Shown here: piece by piece, positions 11,801-26,711 of the stretch
Layout of the letters: the number at the start of each line of letters is the position of its first letter
How positions within the stretch are numbered: position 1 is the first letter of the stretch
Assembly: GCA_002104905.1 (NCBI GenBank)
Contig: MCFE01000093.1
Location: forward strand, 111,282 to 175,281
Origin: Basidiobolus meristosporus CBS 931.73
Lineage: Eukaryota; Fungi; Basidiobolomycota
Reading direction: 5' to 3'
DNA length: 64,000 nt
The notes under the pieces: generated by a model
The model's input: the letters and a program-made list of their open reading frames with translations, nothing else
What the model was told of the DNA's origin: nothing
Databases searched by the model: none
Translations under genes and position numbers: made by a program

Positions 11801-14104
11801 TCGGTATTCTCTAAGGCTACCTTTAGTGTGGGGAATTCGGATGATGTTGACATTGATGACCCTGATTTCTGGGACAAGCTAGCCAAGAAAGCGAACATGG
11901 ATGTTGAGGAAGAGGAGCTGGATAACCCTTTGATCATTCATGAGCCAAGGCTTCGTCGCCAGGTGAAGCGGTTTGGAACCCGCGATCAGAAGAACTCCGA
12001 CATTTCTGAGCCGAATTCGGATTTTGAAGAGCCTGACGACACGAACTCTAGAAGAAAATCCACGGACGGTCCTCGCATATGGAGCCTTGCGGAAAAGATC
12101 AAGCTTGAGCGTAAGCTGATGGTTCATGGCTACGGTAGATGGGAGCAAATGCTGGAGCAATTCCCTCGCCGCAGTGAAAAGGATCTACGCGCAGTCACTC
12201 GCTCTATGATACAGCATGTTCTCAAAAGCGTGGAGAGAACATCGGAGGAAGACGTGCGATTGATTGAAGATATCAATTCCCTCTTGCAAAATGATCCGAT
12301 CCCTGGAAGTCCCGAGAACAACGAAGAGGAAAAACCCAATGGCGACGTCGAGAATGACGACGATGGAGACGAGCTCAAGCCCTATCCTGGAGCCACAAAG
12401 AAACAGATTGCTGAGTTCAAATCCTTCATGATCGAAGCCCCGCAGGAGTATTTTGACCATATCGACAAAAAAGGAAGAAACCTTTTACTTCGTATCCAGA
12501 TGCTCTATACAATTCGAGATAAGATCGTCCAGAAGGATGTTCAGGAGAGTAAAGACGTCAAAATCCCCAAGGTCACCGGGGCTTTGCCTGTCGATTGGTG
12601 GGGAGTCGAAGAAGACCGAGATTTGCTCATAGGCATTTGTAAATATGGTTATCAGCAGTACAGAGAGCTCCGGCAAGATCCGGAGTTGTGTTTCTATGGA
12701 AGGAAATATATCGATAAAGATGAAGGAAATGACCCCGAACAGAACGGTGCATCGGAGCAGACGAATGGTCATGATTCGAACAAGGAAATGGGAGACGCAG
12801 ACAAGCAAGCTGGAGAGAACATGCCGGCCCTTATGTGGCCATCTCGTGCTGATCTTGGTGTGAGGTTACGTCGCATTATTGCCGCGTTTCATAGAGAGCA
12901 ACTGGCCGAGCAACGTAAAAGTCGAAGCTCCGAAAAGGAGAAGGAGAAGAAGCAGCAGCTTATTGAGAAGATGAAGCGGAAGGAGGAGCTCCAGGTGGAG
13001 AAAATGCGAGCCAAGCAGGAGGAGGCGGCGCTTCGCTGGAGTAAGAAGGATATGGCCGACTTCTATCGAACGCTGGCGTCATTTGGGGTTGAAAACCTGC
13101 CGGACGGAACCCGCACCTGGGAGAAATTCCGGGAGCTATCCACTCTCTATAACAAGCCAGACTCTTTGCTGGATGCTCAATATGCTCACATGATCAAGAC
13201 CGCGGAGGCGGTGATTGATAGCGATGGCGCTGGTGTAGCAAGCACTGGTGAGCATGAAGGAGTTGTGCTCACTATGGAAAGGTCTAAGCGACTCTTGAAG
13301 CGTGTGGATGTGCTAGGGACTGTTCGTGAGCGTGTCTTGAGCGCCCCTGATTTAGAGCATCACTTGTCATATGCTCGACCCACCCCAGGCCTTCCAGAAT
13401 GGTGGGATCCTAAAACACACGACAAACCATTTTTGATAGCAATGGCAAAATATGGTCTTAACCAAGGCGATCTAATCCTGGCCGATCCAGAATTACCGTT
13501 CGGCAAGAAGGATGACATGAGTGCTTCAGAAACCGAGGAAGCGAACACCGAACTCAAAGGCCGTACCAATGGAACGTGGCTGAAGGAGTCGGTAGTTTTG
13601 CGCAGACTTGATCATCTGATCGACCTGGTACTTAATTCCCACGCGCACACCAAGAGTAGAGGCTCGAAGGCAGCCGTGAGATCTTCATCGGCTGCATCCA
13701 CTCCGACGGACTATTCGGTGGCCAAGAAATCAGGGCTCAAGATCACCTTGAAGCTGAACAGATCTAGTTACGATAGTGACTCGGATGACAGCGCGGAAGA
13801 CACAGATGAGATGCTCAAACAGGCCACCAATAAGATCTCGAACAAGATAAAAAGCATCGAGGAACGTCGAAAGCGGAAATCCAGGCCAACCTCGTCAACC
13901 TCAAAGCATCGTTCCAGTCAGTACAGTAGTGATGATTCCCTGAGCGAAATCTCGGATATCGACTCGTTTTCCGAATCCGACCAGGAAATCAGGTCCACCA
14001 AATCCTCAAGCAAGTCTCACAAGAGACAGAAGCTCCACTATAAAGACATCGTGAAAAGCAAGAAGCACGGGAAGAAGGACAAGAAAAAGGGAAAACACCG
14101 CTGA
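8824..14104 (+). CDS. Chromodomain-helicase remodeler of the CHD6-9/Kismet type (short 5' exons, then a 4.3-kb exon)
   Basis: It has two chromodomains and an SNF2 ATPase ([34 protein letters not shown]). CHD7-like motifs include FCEEDIDQILQRR..KGSVFSKATF..DDPDFW and WWG..EDRDLLIGICKYGY...DPELCF. Confidence 0.9.
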
Positions 14105-14618
14105 GACTCTCCCGAGCATAGCCAAACCTATCCACCACTCACCGTATCCTGAATCTCCCCCCCTTCCCACTGACCTATAGGTGGTATTCCGATCACTTTA
14201 CTTTAGTTCATATCTTTGTTAATATTCCCAACTTCGTAATTATTAAATCCCTCTGCTGCTGAAATCCAGAGATGCTGTATGTCTCTTCGTGCAAGATATA
14301 AACGGACATCGGCTGCACATGCTCTTTAGGTAGATTTGGCTTTACTATTGAAACTCTGTTGAGCAGCTCATACTGGTCAAGCTGTGATACACACTTCTAG
14401 CTACGGCTATATCAGTGGAGGACCGGCTGAGAGAAAAGAGTAGTCTACATACACGCACACACACATATATTATAATTGTATAGTATCTCCGATTTGTTGG
14501 ACCCTCGTGACGGGTTTGGAGTACGATTAATGAGAAGGGGCGATTTTTCCAAGAGAGCAATGGTCTTGTTGTGGTGACAGATGGCAGTAACGATATTAAG
14601 CTACCGGTGTTTGGCCCT

Positions 14619-17027
14619 CTAGCTACTTACAAAGGCCTCTTTGGCAGGTGGATAGTGGCACCTGTTGGAGTCGAGATCAACTGCATAACAGAGGAATGTT
14701 GCGTCCGCGCTAGGCATTGTGGTTGGTCAATAACAATAAATCTCTAGGAAGACGGATTGTGGAGGGTACTCACATGTTGATCATTATGTACGAGAAGAAC
14801 TGGAGCAGGAAAAACGGTATCAGGAACCCTACCAAGCCGCTGATGTAGCCATTGGGTGACTCCAGGTTGAATGTGGCGAAATTGAAGCACAGAAAGCCGG
14901 AGAAAAACGACACACTCCCGGTTCCCATCAACAGCAGAAGACGCAACAGAAATCCTATGAATGGCACCGAGGGCATGGATCAGTATCAGCCGTACACTAC
15001 ACAATTCCTGCAACAGTACCATTTACTAGGTTGTGCGTCAAGGATCTTCGCATTATCTGCGTCGTCATACGTGCTGAGGAGCAGAACCCTTCCCCAGTGA
15101 GTCCGACGAATGAGATGGTATAGCGGTTGAAGATATCCAGAATCCCAACCAAGAAGTTCAGCAGGCTGGTGCACGCCACAAGAAACGCATTGCGCGAATC
15201 TTTGGTCAACTAAAGAAACATCCGGTCAAGGTTGCGCCGGGAAATATATAAATCAAATATACTGACGTTTTTCAAAAAGCCACAGATGTATGTGAACAAA
15301 CGTGCGGATGACATGACTAGGCCACCAAGGCAAATTGAGCCCAGGGAAGTGGTGAGCGATCTTTTCAATGACTTGTATGTAGAGTTCACCTTTTGGGCGG
15401 CCCCAAACTCGTGTCTATATCAGGGTGGTTATGGTGTGCATGAATCGGAAGCTACACTCTGCTGGAATTACCTATGGAAGTACCATTGAGAAACAACACC
15501 TGCTACGGTAGCCCTGTAATCCAAGAAACGGTTAACCATGTGGAATATTCGACTGGGTATATGTACTAATTTGCCAACCTATGTACTCCGTTGAACACTG
15601 CTGTGGTCCAGAAAAACACGAACACGAAGAATGTGGTTAGCTGTTGTGCTGGTGATTCAACAGCAACTATACATAACGATGTTAGGATTCCGAAATGACA
15701 AACATCCTGGAATAGCAATACCATCGTTTCCGTATCTGTCCGAATGCTTCACAAGGAACACTCGACTGAAGAAAATCAGCCAGATAGCGCAGAAGAAAAT
15801 GTACGACCCCAATAGAAGCACTGATATCGAAATGATCTCCGGGTTGTTAGCAAGCACATCGAAGGAAAGCTAAAATCGGGGTTCAGCTCCACTAATATCG
15901 GCACTGGCTACAGCATATCCTTTGGAATACCTGGATTATGTTGATATTTGCATTGATCTCTTTCCGCTTTCTCAGAACAAAGACGCTATGTAACAAACTC
16001 AACGATAGCGGGACCAAGGAAAATATAGACAAACTGAAGATCCTGATTATTTTCCGCTCCGCCCATCTCATGTTGTCTACCTCTCTTACCTGCCAGGCCC
16101 GAATCCATATCGTGACGAATCAAAGGTAAGGGCCTCGGACAACGCCCATACAAACAAAACGATCCCGAGTATTGGCGTGGAGATCAAAGCGAACCATACT
16201 AGATGCTGGAGCAAATGTTAGCGTCGGTCTAGATCTAAATGATGTTGGCGATTATCATTTAACCTTTGTATAGCGCCTTAATGCATGAAACCAGGCAAAT
16301 CCCATGAAGATTGAGCAAATGATAATCAAAGTCAAAACCCCTAAAAATATTGCGTGAGTTCAAGTAGCTAACTGAGGAACTCACGAAACCTACCAAATGT
16401 ATTCTTCAATGTGGCATATATGCTTTTTTTTAGGAGGTCGCCTAGGTAGCGGGACTAAAGGGATAATTCAGTATCGGTTGAGGATTGAGTCATATCAGGT
16501 GTACGCACACTTGTGGAGAAAACCAATATCATCCCCGTGACAGTAAAGGCCAATATGGTCAAACAATATAGACCCGCGAAAAAGGTGTCTTTATATTTTT
16601 TTCGCACCGCCAACATATCTGGCTCTACATTAACCTGGTTTGAGGGTTTGAGTACATGTTCTTCCGGAGTTGAAAAAGGCGCTTACCTGCGACTCAACCT
16701 GCGGAAGTAATTCTTCTTCGGTTGTGTTTGATAAAATGGAATTCTGAATAGTTGGTGGAACAGTCTCCAGGTAAATGTTGGAGGCAAGCTGAATTTGGAA
16801 ACTGGGTCAAATGCAAAGAACAACCATTGACGATAGAGAAGGTGTCACGCTACCATGTTGAGTGGATTCGAAGTGAAAAATCGGGAGGGTAGCTGATGAG
16901 ATGGTGCATCAGCATCGTGTTCTGATATCGATAGATGGAAGGACGGCGGAGGAGTCGTTTCGAGTTCGGAGGTGGATTCCGAATCGGAGTCCGACAGGAT
17001 TGAAGTTCCAATAAATGGTTTGTCCAT
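14619..17027 (-). CDS. Choline transporter-like (SLC44/CTL/Pns1 family) protein, multi-exon; 3' end approximate
   Basis: Exon translations read KKYKDTFFAGLYCLTILAFTV, LLNFLVGILDIFNRYTISFVGLTGEGFCSSAR and CYAVDLD. These match the SLC44 pattern, and splice signals flank the exons. Confidence 0.75.
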
Positions 17028-17786
17028 AGATCACCAAAATGTATTCGCACGGAGGGATTTTAACGAGGTTTTGCAACTAGACTACAAAGGGAACTTTTAG
17101 CAAGTGAAAGTCTATCGGAAAAGAATGAAACTAAATAACTAGCAGATACACGACACTTTTGAATGTGACTGTAAAATGGACTGCATTACACATAAATCAA
17201 TCCAATCACAGATTATTCAAATATACACCAGGATGAGGAACACTTAGTCAAGTTGTTGAGGAATCCCAACAAGTGATCATTGGCCTTGGTGGATCATATG
17301 ATTGCGCAGTAATAATTCCTCCAGGTTCTTCCCAACTCAATTCCAACACTTGATAGGTGATTGACATTGAATTATAAGCATGCATGCCATCACTGCCTGC
17401 ATTGTTTGACGGGTGTATAAATGTAGCCAAGAGCCAATAAATTCGATGGCGGAGGGGAGTGAGGATCCCATATGTCAGCATAGCCATCTCAACCGCACTT
17501 GCATAACAAGCCAGAGATCACGCCTATATAAACCTCATTCCTCTATTACTCTGTTGCAAATGGATGATTTTTTGATTGATGATTGCATAAACGGTACCAA
17601 CTCTGGTTGATCCAAAATGATTGATCGATATATGCTTAGTGTGGAGCCATAGGTTAGACAGCCACCAAAGCCTTACAGGTGCTACTTTCTTGTTCAAGAA
17701 AGAGCTCTTTGACATTGTCGTGATTTATCCTTTTCCGCGATTCCCACCTATCACATAAACAACGTAATCACTATACTTCGCTTTTT

Positions 17787-20700
17787 ATGGCATCTCCTAA
17801 CTCACAGGGCAAATCTGACAGCTCAGCAAGTGGCCCCGATTCTACAGATAATGTCTCAATAGTTAGTACTACCTCGCGTCATAAAACTCCCAGCTCTCGT
17901 CTATCTTCACTGACCGATGCTGTGCCCATTGAAAAACGTTGGACAACAAAAGAAATCGGAAAGAATGCCATCTCGGGAGTTCTGAACGACCCTAATCGTG
18001 GTGGTAACACTGTACCAAAACTGCATAAGAATGACCTACCAATCGTGCCTCACGCAGCCATCAAGAAAATCAAGACCTCTGATTTCGATGAGTACATCAA
18101 GAAGATCTCATCCGTGTTCGAAAACTACGAAGCAAATCAAAACGTGGGCGTTTCTTTATTTTCCGACGAGTTCAAAGGAATCGATTCTACGTTTGAGGAG
18201 GGCTCGGAGACCTCAACAGATGAAGCCCAAGAGGGAAGGAATGGTACTGCCGATCCAATCATTTTGGAAGGAATACCTGAAATATTTTTTAGTCCAGATT
18301 TCAGTCTGGAAAATCCAGAAACCTTTGAAAGTGTTTGTAACGGAGTCAGCATGTTTGAGGGGAATGATCGCGAAGCCATAGTAGAGCAAAGCACCGTGTT
18401 GCAAGAAAAGCTGTCCCAGTACTTGGACACGGTCGAAGTTCGCTTGACCAAGGAGATCTCAAGACGTTCACCAGCTTTCTTTGCGGCGGTTTCTAATCTG
18501 CAGGAAATTCATGGCGAAACTCAGTACTGCGTCTCGAAGATTCACACGTTAAGAGATAAGATGTCGAAACTTTCTGATCGACAGTCCAAGAAGGGGCTTG
18601 ATGTTATACGCTTACAAAGGCGTAGAACCAACTTGAATTTGCTTTTCCAAAGCGTGAAAATGATTGCCGAGGTCAAGACAACACAGCCCATGATACAAGT
18701 ACTACTTGGTCAAAGCGATTTCATCGGTGCGCTTGACCTTATTGCAGAGGCTAATCGAGCTTTGAATGGAACCCACAATACTCATCATGGAGAAAGCAAG
18801 GATGAATTTTCCGACACGAATGTAAATATTGCGGACTCCAAACTGGATATTCCCAGCGTTGAAGTTCAAGATGCAGACGATTCAGGTGACCAGCGGATTG
18901 TTCGCAAAAATATTAAGAAAGTGCAGAAGGCAGTTGACATTAGGGGAGTAAGAGCATTGGTACATTTCAACGGCCAGCTGGCTGAAATGTTCAACGTTAT
19001 CACCAAAATGCTTCAGAGCGAGTTCGTTAGAGTCGTAATAGAGGAATTTAAGCAGCCAATCCCGGAGCCAAGCATCGACGAAATTAAATCTGTTCTCCTG
19101 TCTTCACCCACCGAAGGAATACTGCAAAATACAAACACTCTATCCACATTCACTTCTTCATTATCAATCACAACAGAGAAAGAATCCTTGAAAGGCGTGC
19201 TAGCACCGCTTCTCTTAGGTCTGTTGAAAACTGGACAAATATCTCCAGCTCTGAGTGCATACAAAGAAGCTTTGTCGAAGGAATTGGACAACACCATCAA
19301 AGAGGTAAGTTCGGTAGTCACGAGTAAATTTATCTGGAGATATTCAATGTTGATGGTTTCTTTCTAGCAACTCCCAGAAAACCTTAAGGCTGTAATCAGA
19401 GTGGATTTCCTCAAAGATCAAGAGAAGAACATCAGGTACGCCAAGACCATACCTCATGAGAATTCTGCATTATTCACCGAGCAAAATATATACAGCGAAG
19501 ATTTTGGAAAGCAGCTACGCTCCATGACTTTCGATGCATTCTTTAGTCTTCTGCTCTCTATGTTCTCTGTTCTTCTTCATCACATTCGAAAAGCCGCTGC
19601 GATCCATGATTTGCTAGCGGAGGTGGTAAATGAGGCGCTCAATCATGGCGTTGAGATAGACATTGGGGAATTCCACGCTCTAATGGATATTAACGACGAC
19701 AAGCCAAAAGCTATTACTCCACAATACAACAATAGAAGCAACAACGCAGAGTCACTTAATTACTTGGGCATCACCATGGAGAAGCGCTCGCATTCTCTCC
19801 CACCTCTTTCCGAAGAGCCAGAAACTCCATTTTTCAAAATGACCAACGAGTCTGCCGAAATTTTGCATGGACTGTTGGATACGATCCATTTACGCTGCTC
19901 AAAGCTCATCTCCTTACGCAATGAGCAAAATGCACAGCTAAACCCTATTCATTTCTATCGCTTATGCTCAACCATGTGGTCATTTATCCTGGAAGAAGAA
20001 TTCTTCTGTCAGAAGCTTTGTTTTGGTCTCCGTGGAACTCTTACGTCCCTTGTAATTACTTTTTCCGCAATGGCTCAGCTCAAGCTAGTACTAATCTATG
20101 CAATCGTTAGGCTAAATCTTTCCTAACACGGTTCCACATGGAAAGAACGAAGCAGCTTGCATTACTCATCGAAAGTGAGCAATGGATTCAAGCCGAAGTC
20201 CCGGTCGAGTTTCAACAGATTGTAGATGACATAATAGCTGCCTCCCATGAGTCACGAGCATTCAAATCCGGCCCAAACAAAACCGAGCAATCCGATCCAC
20301 CGGCTGAACGCGACCCTTCGGACGGTGTCCAATCCGTTAACGAGTCAGCATCACCCGTTGACGAAACAGCAAGACGTTCTCAGAGTATCGATCTTGATCG
20401 AGCTTCGATGCTTTCATCGGGTAGCAATGCAACGTCTAGTCATCGTCAATTAGAAGTGGATGGCCAGGAGTATTTTGTGGTCGGGTGTGCACTAATGCTG
20501 TTGAAGATGCTGGAGGATTATTTGCAGTGCTTATCGAATATCCCTGTCTTGACAACGGATGTATTTCATCGTATTCTCGAGTTGCTTAAGGTATTTGCAA
20601 CATGTCTTCTCGAATGAAACATGCCTGTTCTAATCTCCACCCCAGTTATTCAATTCTAGAACCTGTCAGGTCATCTTGGGCGCTGGGGCTATGAAATCTG

Positions 20701-21622
20701 CCGGGTTAAAGAACATCACCGCCAAGCATCTGGGTACAGAGAATTACTCTTGGAAATCCTTCTCAGTATGTATGGTTGACTTACTTACCATGACCTCTTA
20801 CAGCTTTGGCATCACAAACCCTCGGGGTTGTAATTGCTATTATACCGTTTGTTCAGAACTGTGTTCGTGTTAACATGTCCACGAAACATGCGTTGCTCTT
20901 GACAGAGTTCGATCGCGTACTTAGGGTAATCAAGTGTTCCTAGCTATGAGTTGCGATTTTTGACATCAACCCTCTAATCGTGTGGCTACATGTAGGATTT
21001 CAAGGAGCACCAAAGTGAATTGCACGAAAAACTTATTACCATCATGAAGGAAAGAGCCGCCGTCCATTGCCGCTCTCTTAAGGTGTGAAACAGTGTTGAG
21101 TGAATATTGTACGATGCGCACTAAAATCACATATCATAGACTATCAAATGGGACACACCCGCAGAAGCCGACGCTCAAGAGAAGCCCAATCGCTATATGG
21201 AAATTATTGTCAAAGAAACAACGACATTGCACAAAGTACTCAGCAAATATCTGCCTAGCGAAACTATCATGGTAACTTTATCGTCATCAACTTTGCGTTC
21301 TAGCAGTGTCAAATGAGATAACCTGATATTTCTAGTTCGTAATGTCCCGAGTCACTACTATGTATGAATCACGGCTTCAGGAAACGATAGAAGAGCTAGA
21401 TATTACTACCGAGATTGGCAAAGAAAGGTAAAGTAGCTATCAATAGCTGGCCTTGCAATCAGTTTGATGTATTGACCGATTTTCAGACTGATGGTAGATG
21501 TAAACTACTTCAGCGAAAAGCTCTTCTCTCTTGAGGGGGTTGAGCCTGCTCACTCCAAACTAGTTGAATCTCTTAAGCAACTTGAGCTAAAATCCCCTAG
21601 AAAATCTCTCAGTCTAAGCTAA
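17787..21622 (+). CDS. VPS54: GARP complex subunit Vps54 (multi-exon)
   Basis: Motifs QEKLSQYLDTVEVRLTKEISRRSPAFFAAVSNLQ, YFVVGCALMLLKML, and FNSRTCQVILGAGAMKSAGLKNITAKHL. Confidence 0.92.
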
Positions 21623-21856
21623 TTCTCGGCGCCATGAAGGCAGATCTTCCCAGGAACAGAAGACGTGAAATTGAAATGCATCACTGAACGCCAAATAAAT
21701 CACTTTTCCAATGCGCTCTTATTCAAGATTCCCCGGTGTCTAGAATCAATAAAATACGAATCTCCATAGTAATGGGACGAATTTACTGAGTCTTCACAAA
21801 ACAACATACTACATGACCATGTGTGGATCAAAATTAGGGATACAATATAAAATATT

Positions 21857-24335
21857 CTATTTCTTCGAACGCTTGCTCGGTGGCATCTTTTTGGTGAGAT
21901 TTCGGAAGTTCTGTTCGCTCTGGAAGGCGTTTTTCTCCGAGAACACTTGCACTTTCTTGGCCTTGACCTTCTTGACTTTGCCTCGATCATACTCAGCATC
22001 ATAGCTAGAGGGCCGCTTATGCTTGGATTTGAACTCGCTGAGGACATCGTCTCGGGCACTCTGGATATCGCTCGTGTCGTCCCAGGATAGCACTACAAAT
22101 ACGCAACTGTCAGTTCCGTGAAATACTAAACTCATGATTGCTACAAGCCCATTACCTTGGCGATCGAACTGTGAGTTGCCTTGGAGTTCAGTCAATGCCT
22201 TGGGCTCACGAGCAGCTTCTTTCTCAATGACAATATCAAGCTTGCTTCGTTTGCTATCGACGTTCTCATCCCAATTGATAACCGGACCCTCACTGACAAC
22301 TCTGGGCTTTCTCACTACCTCAGCAGTAACATCACCATCATCGGTTGCGCTATTCTTTACACTCTCTAGTTGAACCTTCAGAGAAGTGGCCTCGTCAGGC
22401 TTCTCGGTACTAACTGCGGGAGCCCTCTGTGAGGAGGGGGCGGATTTCACTGGAAGCTCGATCTCCGTAAGAGAAGGAAGTTTAGCATCCACCGCCTTTT
22501 GTGTCTTAGGCTTAGCTACGGTCTCCTGTGCTTTGGGTTGATTGGGAATCTTCTTGCGATCCTTAAGTTTCTTCTTGAACGTCTGTCGACTAATGACTTC
22601 GCCCACCTCATCATTAATTTGAGTCGATGTAGAAGCAATAGGAACATCTGGCTTGGTGATGTCACTGCGCTTCTGCTTAGCAGCAGTCGGATGAACTTGT
22701 GATTTCTGTGGCTTGGTTGATGATTGAACATAGAAGAGCATATAGGCCTTTTCTTTCAGCACGTTCTCCTGGCTGACTTGCCTTACCTTGAATAGAGGTT
22801 TAGTGGCTGACCACAGTACTGACCAAAAGAAAAGAACCCCACCTTATCATCATCAATAGAGTACCAAGAGCCTGACGGGGTTTTAACCATGATGTAGTAA
22901 TGGCCTGTGGTGCAGGAGCCACCGGTATGGACAATAACTGCGTAAAGCTTGTACAATGGGATAGGGTCCTGCCAACGAGAGGATATGTTAGAAAGAACAC
23001 TGGATATGAGGGGCTGGCTGTAAGGCTGCACTCACGCTATTGTTTGACACATATGGATTGATGTCGAGTGTTTCAGGATACGACATAGGTTTAGCCAACT
23101 TTGAGGCCGTGGATGAAGCAAAGAGAAACCTCTTCAACTGAATGGTAAGTACGACTGGCGCTTCATAAACCGTCATTTTCTTCGCGGCAGGGGATAGCTT
23201 GTCGCATCTAGTAATCGCTGTTAACCGCTGGCTAGGGACTGCCTGAGCGTTCTAACCTCCTTACCTGTCACAGAAATATGAGTTGTCACCACTCAACTCC
23301 TGTGATTTGGTGAACATCTCCAGTGCCTTTTCCAAAGACTTGCAGCTTTTGACCTCTAAACTCAGATCCAAGAAAGGATCAAAAGTGTTCACTTCGGTAT
23401 CACAGGTGGAGCAGTTGATCTGGCTTCTAAAGTAGCCGCCGAAGACTTGGTGGATCAGAGTGGTTTCCTTGATTCTTTCATCCATTTTGCTAAGCAAACC
23501 AGATGGTCAGTCCATGCATGCGATCGGATGTCAAGCAACTCAGCCTACCTATCAAAACCGTTCAAACAGTTTCGCTGCATAACATCGATCAAGTGTCGGA
23601 TGAATTCGTGCGCGTCCTCCTGACGACCGATACGGAAGTGCTTGACGATGGCTAGATGTTTGGGTTAATCTTGTTTCCAAGCCGGATCCACAGATAGACG
23701 CAAATCTCTACCTCGTAGGTGCCCAACTAGCTTCTTGGGCGATATCGCTTGATTCTCGTCGGTCTGCTTGCTGGACGAGAAACTGCGATTTGTTAATTGC
23801 TCTAGCTCACATAGAGCGCAGAAATCCATGATTTTGCCTAGTGGATACCATTAGTTTTCGCCCAGCTTAGGAAGCAGTGTATATATAGGTACTCACAAGA
23901 AGAACTATGCTCATTCTTAAGCAAGTAGTTTGTTAAAGGTGGCGTGTAAATTAGCGCTTGTAACGCAACATTCATATAACACGTATTCCCCAGATTGTTG
24001 AAGCCTGGCCCAACAGGGAGGATATTTTCCCATTGGGTCGATATTTTGTCTTTTCTAAACAGGATCTGTGTAGGTCGACGAAAACCGTATGTGTCGACGA
24101 AATCTCCGGTCGCCATTGATCCCTTAGTATAATCGGCGACGGCCTCACGAATCTCTTGAATGCCCTTCGAGGACTGAGTGGCCCAGTGAGTATCCTCATT
24201 GATGGGCCGATACTTTCGCTTCAAAGCCTCCATTTTAAGATCGGGCTTTGTCGATTCCTTGAACACCACCCGCCTCTGCAACAAGGTGAAACCGGCCTTT
24301 TGTGTTAGGGCCTGGTCAACAACAGTGTCCGCCAT
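21857..24335 (-). CDS. Ubiquitin C-terminal hydrolase, USP36/USP42-like (peptidase C19), multi-exon
   Basis: It has the Cys box GFNNLGNTCYMN, QEDAHEF, IHQVFGGYFRSQ and the His box HTGGSCTTGHY, followed by a basic C-terminal tail with YDAEYDRGKVKKV. Confidence 0.9.
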
Positions 24336-24834
24336 AATTGATAGCTACCGAACTCTAGGTGAAGAAGCTAGGTTTTCCTACTTCTATTCAGTAGTCAATT
24401 CTGGTAGTATGATATCGACATATACCGAATCGAGGACTGTCAAATCAATTTTTTTTCTTGCTGAGTGATTTTTCGTTCTCCACTAACATGGTGGGCAATG
24501 GTGATCGCATAACTAGCATGGAATCTCTCGTTTAGATCCATTGGTTTTATCGCCTCCTGCATATGTGCTTGGATCGATCCCTTTGGATATGTTATAAGGA
24601 GCATCTAGATATGTTTATAACGATCAACACACGACTCTACCAGTTTGGAATATGGGCAGGCAAGACCATTGCGCTATAATTGGCCATCATTGTCTTGAGG
24701 TTGAATGATTGCTTTCTAAAACGTGACAGGTGTGGATACAATCAATAGAATAATTATACCCGATCCAGCAACATTGATTTATTCTTCATCCACCTTCCGT
24801 CTCTTTACCACACTTTCGTCCACTGTAACTGGTC

Positions 24835-26497
24835 ATGAGCGCAACACCCTTGCCTTCTGATGTGTTACAACAGATATTCGAGTTGTTCGTTCTGGAGGAA
24901 GACTTCCCCACCCTGCACTCCTGTACATTAGTCTGTCGTAGCTGGCACTCTTTGGCAAACCGCATACTTTGGAGAAAACCCATTGTTGAGAAGCGTGGTG
25001 AATGTTCTCCAGCGTTGCAAAAACTGATTTTATCAAGTCCAATTCGTATGTGTAACTCACCTCCCAAACAGAGTGACTTTCCCTAGAGATTGCCTCTCGC
25101 CCAGCATTAACCTTTACTTGCCAATATTTGTAATAGATGCGTGCTGGATCCAAGAATGGAATTCACGGAACATATCACCGGCCATTCTGCTACACCTAAA
25201 CAACCTAAGGGTTTTGTCGGAGATCCCCGCCAGAAACCTAGCGCCATTGGTAGACAGAGGCACCCAAACAAGCCTGAGGCATATCAGAAAGCTCAATTCA
25301 AGAGGAAGTGAGCTCGACTTACTCATCAACATTCTCAAGCTTTGTCCTCACCTTGAGCACGTTGTACTTCGTATATTCGCCATTGACAGCCACACAGACG
25401 TGAGCTGTTTCGAGCAGCTTTGCCCGATGTATCACCTTAAACAGCTCACGATAGAGTTTGAGGATTTTGATACTGGAGGGTTTGGGGCGACGTTCATTCA
25501 ATCGGTGACTCGGCTGACGCCAAACCTGAAGTACCTTGGCCTGAAGACTGGTACATTTATCGGGCATACGCTGCTGGGGGTTTCGGAGTGCTGTGCACGT
25601 CTAGAGAGTCTGAGCTTGGAGTATTGGAACGATCCTGTTGCTGAAACCATGTCGCTTTTCGTCCAAGAGCTATCCAATGGGTTAGGCTCGCGCCTACGTC
25701 ATTTCTCGGTCATCCAAAGGGGTGGATTCATTTCCCCAGCTGTATACCAAGGCGTCTGGCCCTTGATGTCTTCCCTTCAATCGCTACATCTGTGGGGGGT
25801 CGGGCTAAATGAAGAGTCATTCCGAGCGCTGACAAAGTCGTCGCAATTTCTGTCCCGCTTGACATTCTACCGATCCCCCTCTTCAGACGGCCTGGACGGC
25901 TCGAACTTGGTTAGCCACTCCGTATGGGGACAGCTGTTCAGCGTGTGCGCCTCTAATCTGGTTGAATTGAATCTGCTCGCGTTTCGACCCTTCCCCTCAT
26001 CCGTATCCCAAGTGATTAGCGAGGAATGCGTGAATCTCAAGAGCCTGAGCATCACGAGCGAGAGCGCGGAGTTCGTCTGCCCCATCCTCCGTGCCTGTGG
26101 GCCACAGCTTACTAGTCTGGAGTTAATGGGCTGCAAATTAGGCATCGAAACGTTGAATACAGTTTTTCGGCACTGCCATACTTTGACCAAGCTGGTATTC
26201 ATGCATCCAGAAATTGGTGGCACCCGTCCATTAGTGCAGCAACAAAATGTCCAAGAATTCCTGCAACAGGTGGGGCCCAAGCTCCGATCATTCATCTTGA
26301 GCGGCACATCGATATCTAGTGTCGTACTCGAGGAGATCCGCACCCATTGCATTAGGCTAAACCACCTAGACCTAACCCAAGTGGTCTCGATTGACGAGAA
26401 ATCTGCCGTGGCGCATTTCAAAGCATCTCTGATGCATTTGAAGTGGATCAAAATCAACGGCACTGGAACACACTCCAATCAAAAGCCACCCTCCTGA
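24835..26497 (+). CDS. F-box / leucine-rich (RNI-like) repeat protein, one short intron near 25046-25086
   Basis: It has the F-box LPSDVLQQIF...LVCRSWHSLANRILW, followed by LxxLxL repeats. Confidence 0.82.
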
Positions 26498-26711
26498 AGG
26501 TCGGCTTCATTTCTTGTGAATAACTGGTCATGTAAACTAATTGTATAAATAAATGATAATGATGCTATTTCCCCCTCACAGAACTCGATATTTTTGTTCG
26601 ATCTCGTGGGCACTGGCGACCATTGCTCCCCTTCGGCCATCGCAGATAATCTAAGATGATTCTCAAGCGGCCATCATCTAATGAGATGAGCCCCCGGTGG
26701 AAATCGTTCTC

